A stretch of 36,981 nt of DNA, taken from Clostridia bacterium (GTDB lineage Bacteria; Bacillota; Clostridia; Christensenellales; Borkfalkiaceae). Numbering within the stretch: position 1 is the first letter of the stretch; the number at the start of each line of letters is the position of its first letter. The notes under the pieces were generated by a model, which did no database searches, was not told where the DNA came from, and was given only the letters and a program-made list of their open reading frames with translations. Location of the stretch: contig JAFVOW010000102.1 of NCBI GenBank assembly GCA_017505625.1, positions 1-36,981 on the forward strand, read 5' to 3'. Below are positions 29,299 to 36,981 of this stretch, in pieces. The translations under genes and the position numbers were made by a program.

Positions 29299-30545
29299 AG
29301 TTCTACCCCGTAAAAAAGCGCAGGGAAAATTCCCGCAAAATAGTTTTTAAGTGTTTTTATAAAATCGTCGCCATCTACCGAATTTTTTAGCGTAGTAACG
29401 TCGGTTTTTATAATCGTAGCGTAATAGTTTGTATATTTTACACCATAGTATTCGGTTGCGAAACCGTTATAGTAAGCAGTATCAAAATTTAACGCTGTTA
29501 GACTTTCAAAAGAACTCCAATCATCGTTAGTGAAATTAACGAAAATCTCTCTTATAAATAAATCCTTTTCTCCCTGTCTTAAATAATTTGCGTGATTTTC
29601 GCTAAACTTTTTTTGAGTTTTATTAAACAAACTAATAAAGTCGTTCATTTTGTTTGCGACTAAATTTAAGTCCCCATTTGCCGAAAATTTTTCTATAAGC
29701 TGAGAAAGGTATACGTCTGAAATGGAAAATTTAGTTATCATTGATAAAACTAGTTTCCAGCCTTTTACCGACATGTTTATACTAGAAAAATCGGGGGTTT
29801 TTAGCATTAACGCTATCTCGGACGTAGTGAGATTTTTGATTGCCGAAGTAGATTCAGCGCCACCTAACACCAATTCGCCTAAAAAATACGCTAGCTTTAT
29901 AGTGGGAATAAAATTAGATAAAGTGATTTCTTCAGTAAGAGTTTTTCTGTCAGCCAATGCTTTTTCTGCATCGTCCAATTTGTATTTCCAACCGTAGTCC
30001 TGGTATTCCTTAAGATTTTTTTCGTATAAATATCCGTAATAATAATCGCTAAAATTATAAATTATGGTAGCCGTTGCATCAATGCTAAACGACGACGATA
30101 AAAGTCCTAAAAACTTTCTTAAATTAGTTATGTCTTGAGCGCTTGTAGTACCTGACTGAACGCTAGAAAATGCGCTAGCGTAGTTTTGGCTATTATTTTC
30201 AATATTTTCAAAAACTGATGTGTAAGCTTTTTCCGTTAGTCCTTGGTTTTCGGTAATTTTTGAAATTTCGTTAGCGTGGGCAGATAATAAGTTTAACGTG
30301 TTAGCCGATACGTTAGAGTTAATGCTTGCTTTATAGATATCAATTAAAAGTTGTTTTATAGTTTCCGTTGCGTAGGTTTTAGTTTGGTTTGAATATGGTG
30401 CTACGTTTTGGTTTTCTAGTGGTATACCCTTGTGTGGTGGGTTAGAATTATTATTGCAACCTAAAAAAACGGTGCTAGACACCGTTAACACTAAGATAGC
30501 AAATATAACGCATAGCGTTTTTTTGAAATTTTTAATAATTCCCAC
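29295..30545 (-). CDS. Lipoprotein of unknown function (first gene of the ABC operon)
   Basis: 416 aa. The signal peptide plus lipobox is KKTLCVIFAILVLTVSSTVFLGC followed by NNNSNPP. The mature part is N/S/T/Y-rich and looks helical, with no domain I recognise. The start is GTG, preceded by AAGGTG-tttt. Confidence 0.7.
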   Translation of the reverse strand: MGIIKNFKKTLCVIFAILVLTVSSTVFLGCNNNSNPPHKGIPLENQNVAPYSNQTKTYATETIKQLLIDIYKASINSNVSANTLNLLSAHANEISKITENQGLTEKAYTSVFENIENNSQNYASAFSSVQSGTTSAQDITNLRKFLGLLSSSFSIDATATIIYNFSDYYYGYLYEKNLKEYQDYGWKYKLDDAEKALADRKTLTEEITLSNFIPTIKLAYFLGELVLGGAESTSAIKNLTTSEIALMLKTPDFSSINMSVKGWKLVLSMITKFSISDVYLSQLIEKFSANGDLNLVANKMNDFISLFNKTQKKFSENHANYLRQGEKDLFIREIFVNFTNDDWSSFESLTALNFDTAYYNGFATEYYGVKYTNYYATIIKTDVTTLKNSVDGDDFIKTLKNYFAGIFPALFYGVEL

Positions 30546-30578
30546 AAAACACCTTATAATTTTACTGTAGTTAAGTAT

Positions 30579-30607
30579 ATTGTATCATACTAATAACGTA
30601 ATTTCAA
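30579..30607 (-). promoter_or_regulatory. Sigma-A promoter with extended -10 for the lipoprotein/ABC operon
   Basis: The minus strand reads TTGAAA (30607-30602), a 17-nt spacer ending in TGA, then TACAAT (30584-30579). Confidence 0.55.
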
Positions 30608-30624
30608 TAAAATTTTATTTATAC

Positions 30625-30664
30625 GCTTAAAATAAAATATCCCCGAAGACTTTTGTCTTCGGGG
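30625..30664 (-). terminator. Rho-independent terminator after the giant ORF
   Basis: A 10-bp GC-rich stem, ccccgaagac (30641-30650) paired with gtcttcgggg (30655-30664), with a 4-nt loop. The minus-strand tail is atattttatttt. It lies 25 nt after the TAG stop. Confidence 0.85.
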
Positions 30665-30689
30665 ATAAGTTTTGATTGTTAGTTTTTAA

Positions 30690-33600
30690 CTAGTTAGCCC
30701 AATCTACATATCCATTAAGTTCTTTACCATATAAACCAAAGAAAGTATCTTTAATAGTTTCTCTCGAATCGGTATCGGCTAAAAGATATACACATTCAAC
30801 GTTTACAAACGTTAGGTCGATATATCCATGATAACTAAATAGTACCATATTACCAGTGCCTACCGTATCGTAAATAGCACTTTCAAACGTATTAGTGCTA
30901 TCAGTAACAATAACTTCAGAACCGTTAATACCGTAAACGATTAGGTTGTAACCGTTAAGGTCGATAGAGTAACCTGCAAGGTCAATCTCAATGTTCTCAG
31001 CGTAGAGATAAACGTCTCTATCTAATACCCAATCATCAGTGAGCCAAATTTTTAGGTCTTCAAACTTTTCGCAATGTACACAATACCAACCGTGATATCT
31101 ACCACTAGCGTTTAACGAAGTACTTGTAAATCCTTTAGTTTCTTCGATATCAAAATCATAGTAGGTATCTAAGTCGGCTTCTGCTGTATATCCGCCACTA
31201 TGATAATGGTCAGTCCAACTACCAAGTTGTTTATCGCAAATTAAACAAACGGTGGTAGATTTTACACCTTCTTCAGTACAGCTTACAGTTTCACTTCTAA
31301 CAGAATGAATGTAATCGTGTTTATCGGAATCTGTTGAACCAATGTAATTACCTGCCTTGTCGTAAACGTACCAAGTAATTTCACAAGTTTGAACGTCGTA
31401 GTAACCTACTTTAGCGCCACAATTTTCATAATCTTTACGAGAATAGATTTCAACGTAAACTACGTCGCTGTAAGTATGTTCAGAACCGTCGGCATGGTCA
31501 ACATATTGCTTTTCTATAATGAATTCAACACGTAAATCCATAGTACCGTCAGCGTAAATATTACCTTCGGGTAATACACCAATAGCCTTTTCAGGGAAAG
31601 AAGTATAATCATCTGATACTTTACCTATGTAGGGAGCAACTAACTTCTTGAACAAACGTAAATCCCAATCGCTAGAAGGATTATCATTTCTATTTATATA
31701 AGCGTATTCAAATTCACCGTCTTCAAAATATAACTCAACGTCAAGGTCGCCGTTCTCATATTTATTTGGTGCAACCTTGTAAGCCGTAGTTGCGCTTAAT
31801 TCAACGTAATTAACTTCTTTACAATGCGGGCATCCTCCAATAGATACGCTTCCTAACCATAAATCTTCTACTTTAATAAGGTCTTCACTAAATACTAAAC
31901 GTAAATAATCTAAATATTTAGCGTCGTCTTCGGTTATTGCTTCGTCATCGTCGTAGTACACGGTTTCGATAGTAGACCATCTACTCAAGCATTCGTCGTA
32001 TTTGTAAGTGAGTTTGTATTCAAACGGTTCATAATCGGTTTCACCGGTTACTTCGTTAAATTGACCTTGATACGTTAAAACGTCGTGATTTATAGCGTAG
32101 CAATGATTTGAAGCTTCGTTATAGCAGTAGATGGTGTATTCCATTTTTTCCAAACCACACCAATGACATACGTATCTGCTTGCTGAAACTGATAAGAAAT
32201 CTTCTTCAACAAAACCTTCTACGTTAAGAGCTTTAACTGCATCTATAGAGCTATCGAAGTTTTCAATGGGTGCCCAACTGAGATAACAATTGTGATAGTT
32301 CAATCCATGGTCTTCATCGCCACAACAAATACACGTATTTTTGTAAGCTTCTACTTCGCCACAAAGGGTTTCGCCTATGAACTCATACTCATTTATGTAA
32401 ACACAATCGTAGTAAGTATAAGTTTCAGCATCGCCACAATCTTTACAAGTAAAGGTTGCTTTGTAACCGTCTTCACAAGTTTCACCTAGTTTTTCAATGG
32501 TTATTTCATCGTCATGAACACCTTCTTCCATACGGCGGATTTCACCGGTAACTAGATTTGCATTAATACGGATATCTATTTGTCTTGAAACGTAAGTGGG
32601 TTCGTCGTATTGGGGTCTACCTTCTTCGTCGTATTCGTTTACACTCGCCTCAGCAAGAACTGTTACTGCAACAGAAATCCAATCTTTACAAATATCACTA
32701 ACCGTGATTACACCGTTAGGAACACAACCGTCTACGATAGGAATAAGTGAAACGTATTCAGTATATCTACCGATGCCGTATTCAACTTTTTCTTTAATTT
32801 CTAGGTACTTGCCATTTCCGTCTTCAGCATCCTTACATTCAAATGCTAGTATGCCACCATCAGTATAAATTTCGTCTTCGTAATCTACTTTAACGCTTTC
32901 AATCTTGCTTACTAATTCGGTAACAGTTTCTTCTAGTTCGCCTTCAAATTCTTCAGACTTAGTGAAATCGATAGTTACGTCAAAGTCAGCATCGATATAA
33001 GACTTAACAGTGTTTATGATAATTCCTTCAACACTTTCAGGGTCTAACATTACTAAGTATTTATCAACGTCAACGTCTACGTCAACTTTTTCGGTTTCGC
33101 CGTTTTCGCCTTTGGTAACATCAAATTCTACGATACCGTCGAATACCACGGTTCCTTCTGTATCTTCAATAGAAGTACTGAACATATCGCCAACCATAGA
33201 AACTAACGCTTCAAAGTAAACGGTTTCAGTGGTTTCTTCTTGAGTAAAGCCAATGATATATTCCATTTTTTGAGTTATTTCAGTACCTTCAGCTTCAGTT
33301 GTTGAAACCATAGTAATTTTGTATTTACCGTCGGAAAGCGTTTCTACTTTAACGTCGGTAGCGATTTTGTTTTCGCCTACAACAACTTCTAACTTAGTAT
33401 TGTAATCTGTTGCGTCTACGCCTTTATAACTTAAGGTTGCAACCTTATTAAGCATTACGTATACGTCAGCAACAGTGAATCCTTCTTCATCAGTACCAAC
33501 AACTACTTTACCCATTTCAACTGATTCAGTGCCTTCGCCTGCAGTTAAAATAGCAGAAACGGTCTTATCTTCGCTATTAGCATCAAAGGTTAAGTTGTAA

Positions 33601-36600
33601 CCCATTGCAGTAGTAACACTGCCGTTGATGATGGTTGCAAGGTCGGTAATATCCCAACTTGCAACAACTTCAGCAAATAATTCGTCAGCTACTTCTATTA
33701 CTGCATTAAAGTCGAAAGTTTCGCCTTCGAACGCCATACCAAGACTATACATTTCTACGTATTCGTAAATTGATGAATCGTATTTATAAAGCACTGCTTC
33801 AACAACTGAATCTTCGGTTACGTAGTTGAGTATCAACTTATATCCCATAGCTTGAACAGTTGCAAGCTTACCGGTTTCGGTATTTTCAAGTTTAATTTCA
33901 GCAAATAAGTTTTCACCCATTAGAACGCTGATAGTACCGGTTTGGTCAGCTTCAGAAACGTCTGCTTCTACAGTATAACCTAATACGCTTAAGATACCGT
34001 CGAACGCAAGTAAGCCGTCTTCGTCAATAGCGTAATTCAAGCCAATCTTAATTAACTCTTCAATTTCGAATAAATATTTATAATCTTCGCCGTTATGAGT
34101 TAAGGTTGCAGTGTAAACTGCTTCGTATAGTTCAGTTTGTTCGTTATATACGCTTAAAGTAGCTAAACCTTCTTTAGTTTCGGGGGTGTAATCTACTTTT
34201 AATTCGTAAAGTCCGTAGTAACCTACCATAGTATATACGCCTTCAGTAACGTTGTATACTACTGAAATTCCGTCAGGAAGTTCGCCGTAAACTGAAGTGA
34301 TAGCGCCTTCAGCGTCAACTAGTACTTGAACGGTTACCATTTCGTTTGCCATTGCATACAAGCCCTTAAGCGATGCACTTAAAGCAAATGTGTCTTCAGC
34401 ATAAATGGGGCCGTTTTCGTCTTCGCCAATTACAGGTTTGTATTCCATATCTTTATATACTAATACATTAAATAATTGGTCGATTGTTAAAGTCTTAACT
34501 TGCTCAGCGTAACCGTCTACCATCGTTTCGAACATTTCAATCATTTGTTCTTTGGTCATAGGACCTGGGGTAACGCCACCACCTATAACATCATCATTTA
34601 TCGTGTCTACCGACATTTTGTCAATAAATTCCTTATCGCCAACAACTCCGCCGATAGGACCGTCTACAACACCACCGTTAGGACCTTCTCCGCCTATAGT
34701 GCCACCGCTAGGACCAGCAGTTCCGGTCATAGACATTATAATATCTATAATGGTTAATTCGTAGTTTTCTTCGAGTTTTTCTTGGATGCTAATTTCAACA
34801 CCAGCAACCATTTCAATATAGGTTTCAATTAATGCGAACGTATAATCAACGTCAAACTTGTATTCTTCAGCAAGAGCAATCGCCGAATCAGCAATTTCTT
34901 TTACCGTAAGAGTGGGAACAGATTTGAGTTTTTCTACTATAGTATCAACCGTGCCTTCGCCGTATTCTTCTTCGATAACTTCAGCAAGAGTCTTTTCTGC
35001 AAAAGTATCGGTTATAGTTGCTAGGCCGTTAACGTCTAGAGTGTAAAGTGTACCCGAACCGTCTTGTAATTCTTCTTCTGCGATTAGATATTCGTCGAAG
35101 AATTCAACAAATAGTGCACTTGCGTCAACGTCTTCCTTGCTTGCTAATGCTTTCTTAACAGCTTCTACGAAAGGAGCGTAGTTATCAAAAGCCGTTTCGC
35201 TAAACGTGTAAAGTTCGATTGCAGTGTAAATAGTTTCTACCGTGATTGCGCCGTTAGTAGATTGACTTAATAATTGGTCTAACGCTTTTAATCCTATGGT
35301 AGAACCAAATTCACCATTGTTATTTACGTCTACGTAAACGATGCCTTCGTTAACGTAAACGTCAAACGAAACTACCTTTTCTTCTGCATTTTCATCAACG
35401 AAAGTTTTAATATCTCCTTCGCCAGTGAAAACGTTTTCGGTAAGAACAACTTCAAATTGTATAAAGCCATAAGGTTCGCCGTCTTTAATGCTTATAGATG
35501 CTTTAGCTACGTTGATTGCAACTTCGTTTCTAAAGCCATCACCATACGCATAATCCGTGCTTTCTTTATAAACGGTAATCTTTGAACCTTCACCAACTAC
35601 TAGACTCATATCAGAATCGCCTACAAGTAAGCAAATTAATTGGTATAGCGAATCAGATTGAAGTTCTAATGCGGGAATCTTTGTTTCATAGCTATTACCA
35701 CAAACTGAACAGGTGTGCTTCTTTATACCCGTTGCAATTTGGCTAGGTAATTGAACGATAGATTCTTCATAAGCGTGAGGTTTAGTGGGAACGTTTACAG
35801 TATAACTATCTTCACAACCGTCTTCAGAACACTTATAAACCTTGTAACCAGCTTCGGTACAAGTAGCCACTTTTTCGTCTATTACAACGTAAGTATGTAC
35901 TTTTTCTAAAATAGTGGCATCTTCAACTACTTCCTGCTTAACGTCTTGAGGAATTTCAACTTTACTTGCAACTTCGCTAGAAACTAAAACGTTTTGAATA
36001 GCATCTGCATTTTCAGTTTCTAAAACGGTGTCTTCAGCACTAACTACTACACGACCTGCAGTTGCATGGTCGCCACTAACTGAAACTTTTGTTCCGGTAG
36101 CGGAAGCGCCTACTACTACGTTTGAAACAACACCTTGAACGTCAAGAGTGGTTTTTGCTTTTAAGTCTACGTTATCAACAACTGCGGTGGGCGCAATGCT
36201 GATTTCTGCCGATTCAGTTTCGCTGGTTGCTTCGGCTGTAACGCTTACTTTTTTAACTTCGCCGGTAACTGCTACTTTAGCTACGGCTTTAACTTCTACG
36301 TCTTCAACAGTACCTGCAATATTTACGTCAGCTTTTGCTTGAATTGCAAGACTAGTAACTTTCGCTGTGGGCGAAATAACTACCTTAGCACCGGCTGCTG
36401 ACTGACTAACGCTAAGTTTACCGAGTTTGGTGCCTTCGCCTGCTTCTAAACTACCGTTACCTGCAAGCGAAATGTCAGCCATTTCAGAATAACTTATTTG
36501 AATATGCGTATCAGATTTAACAGTACCTTTACCGCTACTCGTTACGTTAGAAAAACGAATCGTTTGGCTTGCAGCCTCTAATTCGTAGTCTACAGTCTCA

Positions 36601-36851
36601 GCGATGACTGCAGTATCAAATTCAATATCGCCGTTTGGTACTGAAATATCAAGAACACCGTTTTTAACAGTACCATTCTTGATTGTTACCAATGCGCCTT
36701 CGGTTTCCGATGCGATTTTTAGCGTGAAACCGTTAAGGTCTAACGCATAACCACCTAAATCCATCGTAACCGGCTTGTTGAGAGTAACGACTTTGTCAGA
36801 ACCGTTTGTCGCTTTTACGTCATCATTAGAAAGAACGTATTCTTGTGTCAA
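30690..36851 (-). CDS. Giant (2,053 aa) hyper-acidic protein with many CxxC motifs, function unknown; 5' end uncertain
   Basis: Uninterrupted 6.2-kb ORF followed by a strong terminator. Only short antisense ORFs overlap it. The annotated start is TTG with no SD site. See findings for the domain-level description. Confidence 0.8.
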   Translation of the reverse strand: MTQEYVLSNDDVKATNGSDKVVTLNKPVTMDLGGYALDLNGFTLKIASETEGALVTIKNGTVKNGVLDISVPNGDIEFDTAVIAETVDYELEAASQTIRFSNVTSSGKGTVKSDTHIQISYSEMADISLAGNGSLEAGEGTKLGKLSVSQSAAGAKVVISPTAKVTSLAIQAKADVNIAGTVEDVEVKAVAKVAVTGEVKKVSVTAEATSETESAEISIAPTAVVDNVDLKAKTTLDVQGVVSNVVVGASATGTKVSVSGDHATAGRVVVSAEDTVLETENADAIQNVLVSSEVASKVEIPQDVKQEVVEDATILEKVHTYVVIDEKVATCTEAGYKVYKCSEDGCEDSYTVNVPTKPHAYEESIVQLPSQIATGIKKHTCSVCGNSYETKIPALELQSDSLYQLICLLVGDSDMSLVVGEGSKITVYKESTDYAYGDGFRNEVAINVAKASISIKDGEPYGFIQFEVVLTENVFTGEGDIKTFVDENAEEKVVSFDVYVNEGIVYVDVNNNGEFGSTIGLKALDQLLSQSTNGAITVETIYTAIELYTFSETAFDNYAPFVEAVKKALASKEDVDASALFVEFFDEYLIAEEELQDGSGTLYTLDVNGLATITDTFAEKTLAEVIEEEYGEGTVDTIVEKLKSVPTLTVKEIADSAIALAEEYKFDVDYTFALIETYIEMVAGVEISIQEKLEENYELTIIDIIMSMTGTAGPSGGTIGGEGPNGGVVDGPIGGVVGDKEFIDKMSVDTINDDVIGGGVTPGPMTKEQMIEMFETMVDGYAEQVKTLTIDQLFNVLVYKDMEYKPVIGEDENGPIYAEDTFALSASLKGLYAMANEMVTVQVLVDAEGAITSVYGELPDGISVVYNVTEGVYTMVGYYGLYELKVDYTPETKEGLATLSVYNEQTELYEAVYTATLTHNGEDYKYLFEIEELIKIGLNYAIDEDGLLAFDGILSVLGYTVEADVSEADQTGTISVLMGENLFAEIKLENTETGKLATVQAMGYKLILNYVTEDSVVEAVLYKYDSSIYEYVEMYSLGMAFEGETFDFNAVIEVADELFAEVVASWDITDLATIINGSVTTAMGYNLTFDANSEDKTVSAILTAGEGTESVEMGKVVVGTDEEGFTVADVYVMLNKVATLSYKGVDATDYNTKLEVVVGENKIATDVKVETLSDGKYKITMVSTTEAEGTEITQKMEYIIGFTQEETTETVYFEALVSMVGDMFSTSIEDTEGTVVFDGIVEFDVTKGENGETEKVDVDVDVDKYLVMLDPESVEGIIINTVKSYIDADFDVTIDFTKSEEFEGELEETVTELVSKIESVKVDYEDEIYTDGGILAFECKDAEDGNGKYLEIKEKVEYGIGRYTEYVSLIPIVDGCVPNGVITVSDICKDWISVAVTVLAEASVNEYDEEGRPQYDEPTYVSRQIDIRINANLVTGEIRRMEEGVHDDEITIEKLGETCEDGYKATFTCKDCGDAETYTYYDCVYINEYEFIGETLCGEVEAYKNTCICCGDEDHGLNYHNCYLSWAPIENFDSSIDAVKALNVEGFVEEDFLSVSASRYVCHWCGLEKMEYTIYCYNEASNHCYAINHDVLTYQGQFNEVTGETDYEPFEYKLTYKYDECLSRWSTIETVYYDDDEAITEDDAKYLDYLRLVFSEDLIKVEDLWLGSVSIGGCPHCKEVNYVELSATTAYKVAPNKYENGDLDVELYFEDGEFEYAYINRNDNPSSDWDLRLFKKLVAPYIGKVSDDYTSFPEKAIGVLPEGNIYADGTMDLRVEFIIEKQYVDHADGSEHTYSDVVYVEIYSRKDYENCGAKVGYYDVQTCEITWYVYDKAGNYIGSTDSDKHDYIHSVRSETVSCTEEGVKSTTVCLICDKQLGSWTDHYHSGGYTAEADLDTYYDFDIEETKGFTSTSLNASGRYHGWYCVHCEKFEDLKIWLTDDWVLDRDVYLYAENIEIDLAGYSIDLNGYNLIVYGINGSEVIVTDSTNTFESAIYDTVGTGNMVLFSYHGYIDLTFVNVECVYLLADTDSRETIKDTFFGLYGKELNGYVDWAN
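30942..30983 (-). repeat. C-terminal copy of the DLxGYxxDLNGxxL module (aa 1957-1970, DLAGYSIDLNGYNL)
   Basis: Matches the N-terminal copy at 10 of 14 residues. It shares the 13-nt DNA string gaccttaacggtt (coding strand). Confidence 0.7.
34560..34727 (-). other. Gly/Pro-rich low-complexity hinge within the giant ORF (aa 709-764)
   Basis: TGTAGPSGGTIGGEGPNGGVVDGPIGGVVGDK...DDVIGGGVTPGP. The Pro-rich antisense ORF 34552..34764 is its mirror image. Confidence 0.7.
36720..36761 (-). repeat. N-terminal copy of the DLxGYxxDLNGxxL module (aa 31-44, DLGGYALDLNGFTL)
   Basis: See the C-terminal copy at 30942..30983. Confidence 0.7.
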
Positions 36852-36981
36852 AGTGTATGTATCTGTAAAAACGCATTGCGCCCCACGACGTTCAGTGCAA
36901 GAATAAAGAAGTTCAATTTTAGAGCAAACGAAACTTTTGAGGCTGAGTTGTGGCTACTAAACGACACGCAACAAGCGGTTA
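36852..36981 (-). other. Unresolved region: either 5' coding extension/remnant of the giant ORF or the 3' end of an upstream gene
   Basis: In the giant ORF's frame, the sequence stays open for 34 codons above the TTG (PQLSLKSFVCSKIELLYSCTERRGAQCVFTDTYT), back to a double stop TAG TAG at 36954-36959. A second frame is open from the window edge and ends in a TGA that overlaps the TTG start (TTGA). Confidence 0.3.

Noticed and set aside
34552-34764. Pro-rich 70-aa plus-strand ORF (TPPPITSS...PPIGPSTTPPLGPSPPIVPP)
   Set aside because: It is the antisense image of the Gly-rich hinge of the giant ORF (GGN codons read as NCC). It is not an independent gene.
30690-36851. Giant protein as an RTX/T1SS substrate, an LPXTG-anchored adhesin or an S-layer protein
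   Set aside because: There are no GGxGxD nonapeptide arrays, no LPXTG plus hydrophobic tail, and no SLH, CWB2 or choline-binding repeats. The abundant Cys residues also argue against classical T1SS substrates. It is left as unknown.
36954-36959. Possibility of stop-codon reassignment (TAG or TGA sense) explaining the in-frame TAG TAG above the giant ORF
   Set aside because: TAG terminates the giant ORF itself, 25 nt before its terminator hairpin. It also ends several other genes at sensible positions. TGA ends genes in ATGA overlaps (8897, 28645, 29295). The standard code 11 fits everything else.

Overview
AT-rich, densely packed window. It has the look of a low-GC Firmicutes/Mollicutes-like genome: sigma-A type TTGACA-17-TATAAT promoters, AGGAG Shine-Dalgarno sites, a lipobox lipoprotein, and TGA, TAG and TAA all used as stops (code 11). 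I count 28 protein-coding genes, 27 of them on the minus strand. No rRNA, tRNA, CRISPR array, IS element or integrase was recognised.

There are four blocks:
1. 1-15766: a Wzx/Wzy-type polysaccharide locus in two transcription units. It has an initiating phosphoglycosyl transferase, about seven glycosyltransferases, an EpsG/Wzy-like polymerase, a Wzx flippase and an O-acyltransferase. Embedded in it is an unusual five-gene cassette: HpcH-like aldolase, acyltransferase, 2-hydroxyacid dehydrogenase, Cys-less AsnB-like PP-loop enzyme, and sugar-transfer ATP-grasp.
2. 15952-16716: the only plus-strand gene, an SDR oxidoreductase, read from a consensus promoter placed back-to-back with the polysaccharide promoter.
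3. 16775-30545: two minus-strand operons of apparently cytoplasmic glycan-processing enzymes (LacZ-type GH2, GH39-like hydrolase, two esterases, PHP phosphoesterase, epimerase, PepV-like dipeptidase). The second operon is headed by an orphan lipoprotein plus a MacB/FtsX-type ABC transporter.
4. 30690-36851: a 2,053-aa hyper-acidic protein with many CxxC motifs, matching terminal modules, no recognisable export or anchor signal, and an unresolved 5' end at the window edge.

The best candidates for undescribed biology are the giant protein (possibly together with the lipoprotein/ABC module) and the amidoligase/hydroxy-acid cassette. All functional calls come from motif recognition by eye. No searches were run.
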